Origin: Octopus bimaculoides
Taxonomy: Eukaryota
Direction: 5' to 3'
Length of the DNA: 64,000 nt
Assembly: GCF_001194135.2 (NCBI RefSeq)
Contig: NC_068997.1
Location: forward strand, 56,348,776-56,412,775
Shown: piece by piece, positions 51,595-64,000 of the stretch
How the letters are laid out: the number at the start of each line of letters is the position of its first letter
Position numbering within the stretch: position 1 is the stretch's first letter
Notes under the pieces: model-generated
Databases searched by the model: none
Seen by the model: only the letters and a program-made list of their open reading frames with translations
Told to the model about the DNA's origin: nothing
Made by a program: the position numbers and the translations under genes

Positions 51595-51947
51595 NNNNNN
51601 NNNNNNNNNNNNNNNNNNNNNNNNNNNNNNNNNNNNNNNNNNNNNNNNNNNNNNNNNNNNNNNNNNNNNNNNNNNNNNNNNNNNNNNNNNNNNNNNNNNN
51701 NNNNNNNNNNNNNNNNNNNNNNNNNNNNNNNNNNNNNNNNNNNNNNNNNNNNNNNNNNNNNNNNNNNNNNNNNNNNNNNNNNNNNNNNNNNNNNNNNNNN
51801 NNNNNNNNNNNNNNNNNNNNNNNNNNNNNNNNNNNNNNNNNNNNNNNNNNNNNNNNNNNNNNNNNNNNNNNNNNNNNNNNNNNNNNNNNNNNNNNNNNNN
51901 NNNNNNNNNNNNNNNNNNNNNNNNNNNNNNNNNNNNNNNNNNNNNNN
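51595..51947. other. Assembly gap (N)
   Basis: N run inside (TA)n. Confidence 0.99.
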
Positions 51948-53618
51948 TATATATATATATATATATATGACATATGTGTATTTTTGTGATATCAAGGTAA
52001 GTTTTCTTTTGTTTTGTTTTGTATCATCTGAATTTAAATTGAAGATGATTTTAACAATTCTCATCTTTCTTTTACACAAATTTAGCTAAATGCCAATTTC
52101 AAAGCCATCTTGATGGTGACCTTCTCATTAAGCACAAAGAAAACTAAAAACTATTACAAGCAAATATCCTAAACACCACACACAACTCATTAAACGACCA
52201 CACTCAAATAAAGGAAACCAACAATATCACCAATAATGATAAAACACCAACCAAAACCAAAACTGAAAGCAGCACATTATCTATAAAATGTCTACATTAT
52301 TATTTTGTGATTGAAATTCTTAAAAAATTTAAATATGTGAACATGAAAAGAAAGTAATATGTTTAGTTAGTTATTGTTTGTCTATTTGTTTATATTGTTT
52401 TTTCTTTCTGTTTTGTTTCTTTTTGTAGAAACTTATCCTCACAGGGTTTCAATTTTAAATGACAATTTTGATTTTAAAAACAATCTCTGCTTCAATTATA
52501 ATGCTGCTAATGAAAAACATAACACTTTCATGCAAAAGAGGAAGAGAGAAAGAGAGACAAGCAAAAGGAGAAAAGGGGGAGGAAAGAGAGAAAGAGAGAG
52601 AGAAAGATAAGAGAGAAAAAGAGACAGAGAATGCAGTGATGGGGAGGAAGAGGCTGCAAGATAAGAAGACACAGACAAATACTTATTTACATTTTTCTTA
52701 TTAAAAATTTGGAAACAAATTTGAAATAGGAAAAAAATTGTCCATTTCATGACTGAATATGAAATAGAAATATTAAATAAGGTAATCTGTCTGTCTGTTT
52801 GTCTTTCTCTATGTATGCAGGCATGTGTGTGTGTATGTATGTATGTATGTATGTATTCTCATGCATATAATTACATATCTACACATGCTCATATATACTT
52901 AAATGATAAACTTCTGGAAAGTTTTACAGATTTTTACAGTTCCAGTGATGGATTGGGATCTGTAGTCTTCGAATTAGTTTTCTCCTTTCTTTGTACATTC
53001 AGTTGACTTTTGTTGATTTTCCTGTTTTTTTTTTCTTTGTTTATGGATTTGCATATATAATATATATATGTGTGTGTGTGTGTGTATATGTATGCATGTA
53101 TATGTACCTGTATGTATAGTTTGGAATTGCTTCTAAGGAGCAGGGCAGACCATGAACTATAGAAGGTATTAATTATTTCATGCAACTCGTTGGAGTAATT
53201 AATTATTTTGCTAAAAATGATGACTGATACAGGTGTACAGTCTTTCCATATCATTCAAAGATTTCCATTTCATAAAACAAAACCTGTCTATCTGTTTTGT
53301 GAATAAAGACTTTTGCATGAGAAAATTAAGAATAGAAATCTTTTAGTAGGAGGGGCTGCTTTTGTGATGGTGTGATGTATTGTCTTGTAAACAATGGAGA
53401 TTTTTTACTTGAATTTATGTCAATAAAATATTTTTGTTTTGTAATGGTTCAGTGGTGTTTTTAATGCTTTACACAGTGGAGTTCATTTTAAATAACAATG
53501 GATTGTAACATTTTTTTGTTATGTATTTTTGACATAGTTATATTGTTATATTTCGTATGGAAATGGATTAAAAGTTCACCTTCTAAGTAGGGGAAGTATT
53601 TGTTTTGGAATGTTTTAG

Positions 53619-54028
53619 GTGTGGCTGTGTGGTATGAAGTTTGCTTTCCAACCACATGATTCCAGGTTCAGTCCTTCTGCATTGTCACTTGAGCAAGTGT
53701 CTTGTACTAAAACCTTGCGCTATCCAAAGCCTTGTGAATGAATTTGGTAGAGGGAAACTGAAAAAATTCCATTGTATATTTATATATCTACAAATATCTA
53801 TGTGTCTTTGTTTTCGTGTCTGTGTTTGTCCCCCATCATTACTTGGCAACCAGTGTTGGTTTGTTTACGTCCCCATAACTTAGTGGTTTAGCAAAAGAGT
53901 CCAACAGAATAAGTACTAAGCTTCAGAGAGAAAAGTGCTGGAGACAATTTTTTCCAACTAAAAATTCTTCATGGTGGTGCTCCAGCATAGCCTCAGTCTA
54001 ATGACTGAAAAAAGGATAACAGCAAAAA
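53619..54028 (+). mobile_element. Full-length SINE family A
   Basis: GTGGCTGTGTGGTATGAAGTTTGCTTTCCAACCACATGATTCCAGGTTCAGTCC...GGTGGTGCTCCAGCATAGCC...ATGACTGAAA. Confidence 0.85.
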
Positions 54029-54184
54029 GATGTAGAGTTCCTTGAAAATGACGATGGCTAATTTGGGATTCTTAAACCTCTGTAAAAGTGAATTTGGCTG
54101 TGGATTATATAGAAATTGATTGTGGTTAAATAGAGACCTCTTGACCTCTTTAAACATGGTTTTAGGATAAGGTTCTTATTGAAA

Positions 54185-54405
54185 AAGGGACTGAGCTGGC
54201 AGAAACGTTAGCACGCCAGGTGAAATGCTTAGCGGTATTTCATCTGTCTTTAAGTTCTGAGTTCAAATTCCACCGAGATCGACCCTGCCTTTCATCCTTC
54301 TGTGGTCGATAGATTAAGTACCAGTTACATACTAGGGTCGATCTAATCGACTGGTCCCCTCCCCCAAAAATTTCGGCCTGGTGCCTAGAGTAGAAAAGAA
54401 TATTT
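54185..54405 (+). mobile_element. Full-length SINE family C with probable 9-bp TSD
   Basis: GAGCTGGCAGAAACGTTAGCACGCC...GAGTTCAAATTCC...GCCTTTCATCC...GGTCGATAGATTAAGTACCAG...TAGAAAAGAATATT. TTATTGAAA at 54176-84 and 54406-14. Confidence 0.9.
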
Positions 54406-55875
54406 TTATTGAAAGATAATTTTTTAATTTTATTAAAAACTAATTTTAAAAGGAATATTTAAATCAAATTGAAAGATAATTTTAAAATGTTAGAATTTAT
54501 TTATGAGAAAATATTTTGATGAGGCAAGATAGGATATTTTCCCAAAATTTTCCAAATATAAATTTTTTTAAAGATTTTCTAATAAAATGTATATGTAAAA
54601 TATTTTTTTTTAAATATGTTGTTTAAAAATTTTTTTAGAAAGCAAAATTTAAGTTTAAAATTGTAATTCAGAAAGAAATTTAAAAACTATTTACAGATTC
54701 AACAGGTTTACAATGATGGCACAAATAAAAACGAAGAAGTAAAATAGGGTTTAGATTTGGATGTGTCAATATTTAAACATTTATTTCTAAAGAAATAGAA
54801 AGGACAGTGAAAAAAGTTATAGATTTATAAAACAACTAAAAAAATAGGTAAAAAAAACAAATACATGACAGAAATAAATATCTATAAAATTGGAAAGTAA
54901 AAAAAAATATATTAAAAATATATTTAATTTATATAAAAAATGGAAAATATGAAAATATAAATATATGAAGAAATGAAGATATATCAAAGGAAAAATAAAA
55001 AAGAAGTTAAAAAATGCAAGTAAAAAGTAAGAGGTTAGAATATTAATAAGAAAGAAAAAAAAGACTCATCAGAAGTGAAATCGATGTAAATTGTTTAAAA
55101 ACTTTGAATGAATATTTTATAGAAATATGTACAAACACTTTCCAAATGTTTATTAAAAGTTTCTTGATGAATAGAACTTTGTAGGCCTCACCTCTGCACA
55201 AATTAAATGTTTTATCATTTCTCTTGTAAGACTTTTTATTTTTTTTTAACATAAAGCATTTGACAATTTAATTTTGTATTGTATATTGTTGTTTTTCATT
55301 CACCATATAAATTGCAAGAAGAGATAACTTATTACTACATTTTCTATCCCTAAATGTATCAGTACACTGGTTACATTAAAATTCAAAAGGTTTATATATA
55401 CAGTTACTATAAAAGCTACTAAAGTTTTGGGTCCTCACTTCACATTGATAATGTTCTTTTCATTGATAATGTTCAGATTCAAAATGGGCAGCTGTTATGG
55501 ATATTGAAATTGCTGTTCTGATTATTTCAGTTTGATTTCTATTTGTTGCTTTACATATGTTGTAACAGGAAAGTATATTTATAACTTTAGGGCAAGTGGA
55601 ACGTGATAACTGCATAGTGTTTTTATTAAAGGTCTTTGTGCATTTGTAGATTGGTTTGTTTCTTCAAAGCTTTAAAATAAAGCCTGACTATTAACACGGC
55701 CACATTAAATACAGGATTGGATCATACTATTTTATGATTTCTCTCTCTAATATTTTTAGTTGATCTTAGGTTTTCTTCAATGCAGCTGCTTTTTATTATG
55801 ACCATTATCATTATTTCATGACCATTGATAATGTGTGTGTTCATATATGTAAAACTACACCCTCACCACACAAGC

Positions 55876-55915
<40 letters not shown>

Positions 55916-56195
55916 TTTGACCTTACAAATACATTCCCTAATTTTGGGTCACTTTAAATAAAACCTTCAATTCAATAGCACTATGTACAAACTCTATACT
56001 TGGAATGACCAATTCTAAATACTATTGGAATTTACTCACAAGGTATTGGAATCTTATATGTGTACCATTCTGCCTAAATAATGGATCTACAAATGCAATA
56101 TCCCTGCATATCTCACTTCTATTTTCAATCCTCCACTTCACTCTCTATTTCGCATCTTATCTAAATTAACTATTGCTTAACCATTTTTTCACACC

Positions 56196-56243
56196 GTCTC
56201 CGATGAAGGGATATAATAAATATCCTGGAAACAGCTGTAAGAC
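56196..56243 (+). ncRNA. Minimal type I hammerhead-ribozyme-like motif, second copy of the 6.7-kb family
   Basis: GTCT-CCGATGA-A-GGGATA-loop-TATCCT-G-GAAA-CAGCTG-TA-AGAC. Stem I GTCT/AGAC is perfect, but the core has U4>C (CCGA instead of CUGA). Confidence 0.55.
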
Positions 56244-57218
56244 CTTCTATTTATAAATGTTGTTGTTGTTGTTGCTGCTATCAACACCCAGTTCAGCTCT
56301 GTTAGAAGAGAGAAAGAGCTAGGATTACAAAACAACCAAGCACTGACCATACTTTCTTTTCTTCTTAAAAGACTGCATTGTCCGGCAGAGCTTCTCATTA
56401 CAGTGTTGTGTGTCACTGGATGAAGATCTGGCTGCACAGCAGCTAGAACCTAGAACATATAGAAGCTCAGTTCTTGACCTCCCTGGGTCTATGTAATCTA
56501 ATATATACTTCTACACATTAATTTATATATACAGTTGTAAATTTTCAAATTGAATTCAGTATCACTACAGAATTACTTGATGGAATTATTTCTATTTTCT
56601 GCTATAATAATATTTTTTGCCTAAAAAATATTAATTCACATTCTTTCAGTCTGCAGAGAATTTCTCCATGTATTTCATGGTTTTGTTTTCTGTCTTAATA
56701 CCAGAACATTATTTCACCTCAGTATTTTCATTTCCGAGTAAACATTCGTCCTGGAATTATGTTCAAAATTATTATGATATGTAAATTTCCTTAGGGTATT
56801 TGTGCATTATAGTGACCCCATATTTTACATAAATAATGCTGCATAGGTCCTATAGTATGGGAAATGAAACAAAAAAAAAAATTATAATTCAGAAAATCAA
56901 ATAATTTAGGCAAAAATAAAATATTAAAAAAAAAAGGAGATGCTATTATTTAAAGACCACCATGACAGAAACTTGCGAAATTTACTTTTAAAACTGAAAT
57001 GGCGGGGATGCTTTAATACACAACTGCTTTCTTTTGGTTTTTAGGGTTTGTTTTTACTCTTCATTCTAGTTTATTGTGTGTTAATGTACAAAAAAGCAAT
57101 ATTAATTCCATTTAGTTTATGAAATATTGTCATTTCTGAAATCCCTTCAATATTTCAATGGCAACTGAATCTTTTCTTCATTTTTAACTTTCTCCATGCT
57201 GATTGTTGAACTCTATGT

Positions 57219-57268
<50 letters not shown>

Positions 57269-58831
57269 TGTTATTATTAAGTTTGCAAATGGAGAGATTC
57301 AATGGATATCAATGTATTAATTAATTATTCTCATTGCCTATAATTGTGTCATTTCACATCCAACTTAAATTACAAAACACACACACACACATGCACGTTT
57401 GGGAGTGTGTGTGCATACTTATATACAAGGATACATACACATGCCTATATATAAATATATATAGAGAGATAGAGAGATAGAGAGAGGGAGCGAGAGAGTG
57501 AGAGAGAGAAACAGATAGAAAGATAGATAGATTGATAGATAAAATGGATGACCTCCATACTAGATAGATATAATGAGAGAGAGTGTGTTGGAGAAATAGA
57601 GAGAGACAGATTGACATAGGCAGGTATGTATATATGTGTTTATGTATATATATATATATATATATGTAAAGAGACATAAATAGGTAGATAAATAGAAAGA
57701 TAGAGAGAGAGAGAGAGAGAGAGGTAGAGAGAGAGAGAGGTAGAGAGAGAGAGATAATAGGTAAATGGAAGATGATCAGAGAAAGGATCGATCAAAAGTG
57801 GGTGTAAAACACATGCAGAAAGTGTATCGATATAATTCCTAGAATTCTAAAACCGTTTCCAATAAATCAATTGAATGTTTCTGTAGAATTCATTGTGACA
57901 ATCCATGAGTGAGAAGGTCAGAGTCTTTTGCCTGTATTCTTTAGTATGGCAATTCCTATTCAAAACCACAAAGATCCATACAGCTGCCAACACCTGGTAT
58001 ATTGGTTTATGTAGTGCTAAATAAATGTGAGAAACTTTCCCCTCTATGCTACCAGTTTATCTCAGATAAATTTCCCAGAAAAAGCTTGGCACCTATTCAC
58101 AAGCTAAGTTTGTTCTTTCCTATCAACTTTTGGTGCGGCAGTGATAAAACTGATTCCAACAGGGTTGTGATATTATTAACGCAGTCGTATTTCCATCACA
58201 TTTTGTTATGGCACAGTCTTTGAGGAAGATTTAAAGTCAGTTAAAACTGGCACAGAATATTGAAGAAGGAAGATGGTCACTCATTTTGCTAGAAACAACA
58301 ACCAAATCTTCTTCAAATCACACCCTGCCATCTTGATTAATTTAAAATCCATTAAAAACACGTAATCATACTCTTACAAGCCCTTACAAAAATGGGATGG
58401 TCAAGGTTGGAATGGCTTTGGTCATAGGCCTGCTTGATTAGGGATATCATTGTCAATAGTCTAGCTTTTAAGCCTTGCAACGATTGTTGATTGAGTCAGG
58501 GTGAAACTCTGATCAAACAGACCTATTAGACACAGCATTCCAGTCTGACAAAAATTAGATTTGATTATGCAGTCTTAGATGTGTAACAAATTTACTGATT
58601 GGACAGAAGTGTGGTGTGAAGGGCAGTAACTTCACCTGTCAACAAATGATATGGAAAAGATGATTTGTTTGCTACTTGAAAAAGAGGTGAGAATTAGTTT
58701 TATAAAGGGCATTTGGATGTAAAAAATGCCTTAAATAGCATAGTCATCCAACCCATACAAACATACAAAAAAACAAGTAAAATTAGCAAATGAATGGACA
58801 AATAATAGGAAGATTCTAATATATATTATCT

Positions 58832-59025
58832 GGCATAAGCATTAGCATACTAGGCAAAATACTTACCAGTATTGAGTCCTTCATTAGGTTCTGAATTCAA
58901 ATTCCACTGGGATCGACTTTGCCTTTCATAATTTCAGAGACAATAAAATAAGTACCAGCTAAACTTTGGGGGTCAATGTTCTCAACTCCTCCTTGAAATT
59001 TTTGTGTTTCTGCCAAAATTCAAAA

Positions 59026-59030
<5 letters not shown>
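58832..59030 (+). mobile_element. SINE family C, degenerate
   Basis: GGTTCTGAATTCAAATTCCAC...GATCGACTTTGCCTTTCAT...AATAAAATAAGTACCAG...GCCAAAATTCAAAACC. Confidence 0.7.
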
Positions 59031-59077
<47 letters not shown>

Positions 59078-60487
59078 AGTTATGTGACATATACTTAAAT
59101 ATATTATTCTATATGTGTGTGTATAGTACATATATAATATATATAGTTCATTGTACTATATATATATACATATATATTATGTATAGATTCTAGTTTATAA
59201 AACAATCCAAGGCTATGAATACATATTAATAAAATGCATTGTATACCTGTTTCTGTTATATAATATCTATATTACATTTAATTTCATTATAGATTCTGTG
59301 TAGTGTGTTGTACAACACACACATACACACGAGTATAGATATTGTGGTTTTGCTTGAGGGCAGCTCTTTAACACTGTAGGCACATGATGAAAGATGTTCC
59401 AGCTGTGAGTATCTCATCAAATTTGCAGACATCATCTACGAAGGTGAAACAGAAGGAATGAAAGAATCTAGCAACAGCGTTAAACACTGGTAACTAATCA
59501 GTCCAAGAAGTTCACAGAGGTGGAACAAATTATTATGCCATCAGCAAGAGGAGACGTTTGATGGCATCGTAACATATTTCAGTTTGCAAACATGAAATGA
59601 CTCTATTATCAGATGTAGCCTTCTTTTATTAATACAGTATGGTATAGCTTGAAAGAGATTTGGCTGCTATTTCTACAAGGTCAGACCAACACAAAGATTC
59701 TTTTATTGATTCATCAGAACAACACTATCTCTTGTTGGTTTTATTTAGCCCTAGGTCAATCTTGATTCAGCAAACATGTGATCAAAGTCATTCCAACAGT
59801 GGCGATCCAGTCCTTTTGTATATTTAGGACAATTTTGCTTAGATTTGGCTGTTGTTTTTAGCAGGTCTGACTGCTATGTTTCCATTACTAATGACATCAC
59901 TCTGAGTAACACTCAAACAATCGTCAGAAGAGTACTTACAGCTACTCCCCATTGACTCCCAGAAACCTCTATAGTGTTCTAGCAATAAATTCTCTTCCAT
60001 TAAAACCACAATCCATAGTCAGATACCCTTATAATATCATCATCAGCATCATGATACCATCATAATCTATGTATTTTAAATAACAACAACAATAATAATA
60101 TTTATAACATCTCAAGATGGTTACAATACCAATTATTGTAGGAGCACTTTGAATGATCAAAAATTATCTGAGGATGATCCATGGATTACCATCCATGCAG
60201 AAGTGCAAAAGATTGTCTTAACTGGTTCGTCACATGATCCAAGAACATTGTTGCTGTGAATTTTCTTTCTTTTTTTCCCCTTTTTCTTTCTTTACTTTCT
60301 TACTTTTTCCTTTTCTCTCTGTCTTTCTTTTCCTTTTTCTCCATCATTTGACTTTGTAAATGAACAATCTGGTGTGTTTATTTTAATGGCCAACCATTTC
60401 TCTGCCCTAGGTGTCAAGAAGACATTCGGCAAGAAATGAAAACTATTGAAAGAAGATGATAATGAAAATAATAATAATAATAATAAT

Positions 60488-60698
60488 TTCTACTAAAAGC
60501 ACAAAGCCTAACATATGGAGGAGGAGGAGAGTTGATTACATCAAGCCCAGTATGCCGCTGGTACTTATTTAATCAACCTCGAAAGAATGAAAGGAAATGT
60601 CGACTTCAGCGAGATTTGATCTCAGAACATAAAGGTCGATGAAATGCCACTAAGCATTTCATCCAGCATGCTACAGATTCTGCCAGTTTGCCACCCTT
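60488..60698 (-). mobile_element. SINE family C flanked on both sides by (AAT)n
   Basis: Reverse complement AAGGGTGGCAAACTGGCAGAATC...TTAAATAAGTACCAG...TAGAAA, between (AAT)n tracts at 60467-87 and 60699-716. Confidence 0.8.
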
Positions 60699-60732
60699 AA
60701 TAATAATAATAATAATATTAATGTATGTGTGC

Positions 60733-60775
<43 letters not shown>

Positions 60776-61059
60776 ACCTGATATATAGCACTTCATATAT
60801 GTGTGTGTGTGTGTATATACATACACATGAGAGCAGACATAAAATCTATAATCAGATAGATGACAGCTTTGGCACTTACTTGTAGCTGACAACCTTTATT
60901 TATAAATCAGTTTTACTGTCACTTTCTCACTCTCTCTCTCTCTCACTCTCTCTCTCTCGCTCTCCCTCTCTCTCTCTCCCCCCCCCTCTCTCTCCCCTCC
61001 CTTATCTCCCCCCCTCTCTCTCACTTTCCCTCTGATACTGGAATACATGAGAATTGTTA

Positions 61060-61095
<36 letters not shown>

Positions 61096-61849
61096 CTCAC
61101 ACATATGCTACTGTAATATCCAGAAATTATTATAAAGGAAAAATTGTATTGCATTGCTTTATCACAGCCTTGTTTTAAAAAGAAAAACAGAGATGGCCTT
61201 CGAAAGTGTTTTGTATCCATTTAGATGAAAAATTATTTCTAATCTATTACAAATTGATATATTTTACCATTTCACAATTGGAATTATACATTTTACATTT
61301 TCATTACTAAATATGTTTCAATTTTATAAATATTTTTTCTTCAAATCCACAATTTTAATTCATTGAAAATCATGATATTAAATATTTTAATATATGCATT
61401 TTATTTATATATGTTAATCCAATTTACATTTACAGTGTATTTAAAGTTTCTTACAATAAATATTTCAAATGTCTTTTTCTTTACAGAGTTTAAATTTTCT
61501 CCTGCAGCCCCTATTATTAGCAGGAAGTGTTATATAGTGTCAGGTAGCAGGATCGCCCTTGCCCCTTGCAAATTGCTAAAAACAGCAGTTAAAGCTCCCC
61601 CAGTTGCATTCTACCAGTTTCAAAGAACAGAAAGAAAAGATCAGATTGTACAATAAAACTCATATGTTTTTGAGTAGTTGCAAGTTCCAGTTCCAATAGA
61701 ATAGTTTGGGGTTCAATCCTACTCAATGAAACCCTTAGGTTTCTGTCTTCTTCTTAAGCCTGATGACTTGATTGATCAGCTTGAATTCTTTAAAAAACAA
61801 AATATTTGAATAAATCCAAAAGGGGAATACATATACACACACACACACA

Positions 61850-62015
61850 GCTAGTAGAATCATTGACCAGCTTAGCACTATTTCATCCGTCTCTACATTC
61901 AAAGTTCAAATTCTGCCAAGGTCAGCTTTGCCAATGATCCTTTTCGAATTGATAAAATAAGTACCAGTTGTGCACTAGGGTCGATGAATTTGATTTGACA
62001 CTTCCCCAAAATTAT
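61850..62015 (+). mobile_element. SINE family C, degenerate
   Basis: AAAGTTCAAATTCTGCCAAGGTCAGCTTTGCC...GATAAAATAAGTACCAGTTGTGCACTAGGGTCGAT, then (ATT)n. Confidence 0.7.
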
Positions 62016-62788
62016 TATTATTGTTGTCGTTGTTGTTATTTTCATTGTACATCTGCAATCATACAAAGGCTACAACATAGAGGTGATGTTGCTATTACCA
62101 GTCTCCTGTTAACAAGTCATACACTCGTTTTGTGGCTTCAGGCTGGCATAGGGCAAGTGATGAGTCCTTGCTGCAGAAATAGTTGAGGATAAGCAACAGG
62201 AAAGGCATCCGATCCATGCAAGCACAGACAAGAAGGCATTAAATGAATAAACAAATATGTAGATGCACACACACACACACACACACATACATGTAAACAT
62301 AAATACAAGCATACATCATATTATCACACACACACACACACACACACACAACCACACACACAAATATACATGCACCCACACACACTGGTCTGTGCCAGTG
62401 TAAGTGTTGATCTTATTAACTTTTGAATGTATCCAATTATAAAATACTGAATATATTCCTAGATAATTCTCACAGAGTAGAAAATTGCAGTTCTGTGATA
62501 GATATGAGAATATTTCCAATTCTAATAGTTGTGCTGGAAAGAAATCAATGACAGACGCAGCTAGTGGCTGTTCAGTGTATGTGCATTTGTATGTGCATGT
62601 CTGTGAGTGCATATGGGTGCATGTACATAAACTATATTTACCAATCCATATGTATGTATATGTTTATCTACATACATACATGTGTATGTATACATGTAAT
62701 GTATGGGTATGTTCTATTCTACTTTGGGAATTATTGAAGAAATGTAATGTGTATGTGGTAGTATGTGAATCTCTATTTTTCTCCTACA

Positions 62789-62851
<63 letters not shown>

Positions 62852-63270
62852 CTTATATATTTGTGTAGATATATAAATATATATATATTTGTATGTATGT
62901 ATGTATATAAAGATAGATAGATGTAAATAAATATACATCAACACATATATCTTCAGTCATACATTGATATATAAATCTTTGTTTTCCTCATGCACAAATA
63001 GACCTAATTTTGAAAATGTTTTTTTCTATTCACATATTTCCCCCAATGGAAATCAAGCAGTTATTTGCTGTGAATATTCAATATGGTGCTGTTTGTAATA
63101 TATTTAAATTACGACTGAACACTCTTGAAGAAACAACTTCCATTAATGGACATAACATTCTTCAATATTATTTATTATTTCTCTCAGGCTTAGTTCTACC
63201 TGACTTATCTGGCAATATAAACAGATTTCACACAAGCACATAGATTTAAATATAAGTGTGTGTGTGTGCA

Positions 63271-63317
<47 letters not shown>

Positions 63318-63339
63318 GGCCAATGCTAGTGCTGCCTTA

Positions 63340-63592
63340 GTGGCATCTAAAATGCACTATTCAAGTGAAGTGTCGTCAATGCCAGTGCCACCCAGATTAG
63401 CTCCCATGCCAGTGGCACATAAAAAGCACTTACTACACTCTCAGAGGGGTTGGCATTGGAAGGGCATCCAGCTGTAGAAATCTTGCCAAATCAGATTAGA
63501 GCCTGGTGCAGCCTCCTGGCTTGCAGGTCCCCAGTCAAACCGTCCAAATCATGCCAGCATGGAAAAATGGATGTTAAACAATGACAATGATA
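63340..63592 (+). mobile_element. RTE 3'UTR-derived short copy
   Basis: ...GGAAGGGCATCCAGCTGTAGAAATC...CATGCCAGCATGGAAAAATGGATGTTAAACAATGACAATGAT. Confidence 0.8.
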
Positions 63593-63596
63593 TGTG

Positions 63597-63630
<34 letters not shown>

Positions 63631-63670
63631 CACAAACCTAATCTCTCTATCTATTGATTTATATGTATGT

Positions 63671-64000
63671 GTAGAAGAATGGTTAGTGAGAGCTGTGCGA
63701 GCCATGTACAGAGATGCTGCCAGTAAGGTGAGGGTTGGAAATGAGTACAGCAATGAATTCCGGGTAGAGGTAGGGGTCCACCAAGGTTCCGTCCTCAGCC
63801 CCCTCTTATTTATCATAGTCCTCCAGGCAATCACAGAGGAGTTCAAGACAGGTTGCCCCTGGGAGCTCCTCTATACTGATGACCTTGCCCTAATTGCGGA
63901 GTCACTATCAGAACTAGAGGAGAAGTTTCAGGTGTGGAAGCAAGGTCTAGAATTGAAGGGCCTTAGAGTCAACCTAGCTAAAACCAAAATCCTAATAAGT
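63671..64000 (+). mobile_element. 5'-truncated RTE-clade LINE reverse transcriptase region (continues past the window end)
   Basis: 110 uninterrupted codons: VEEWLVRAVRAMY...VGVHQGSVLSPLLF...GCPWELLYTDDLALIAES...GLRVNLAKTK, with RT motifs QGSxLSPxLF and YxDD typical of RTE. Confidence 0.92.

Overview
Repeat-dense, essentially non-coding animal genomic DNA. It is AT-rich, has very many CA/TA/GA/GATA/ATC/AAT microsatellites and five N-gaps, each bordered by simple repeats. The interspersed repeats match families I recall from Octopus, so the source is most likely an Octopus draft assembly (inference, no database search). I could not confidently identify any host protein-coding exon, and almost all ORFs in the supplied track are microsatellite translations. 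Supported content is a retroelement/transposon landscape: RTE-clade LINE pieces (an uninterrupted RT frame at the window end, a young 3' end at the start, many 3'UTR copies, a separate BovB-like remnant), a CR1-group LINE 3' end, two R4/Dong-type fragments, three tRNA-derived SINE families and mariner/Tc1 remnants and MITEs. The most notable observations are (i) dispersed minimal type I hammerhead-ribozyme motifs of the Penelope-associated kind, (ii) a ~590-nt fold-back formed by two inverted RTE 3'UTRs, (iii) a 3' tail shared by a SINE family and the CR1-group LINE, (iv) retroelement pieces sitting inside (AAT)n tracts, and (v) a 19-bp tandem array of GGGTCA-nn-TGACCT sites. I found no evidence of a new multi-gene system or CRISPR array.
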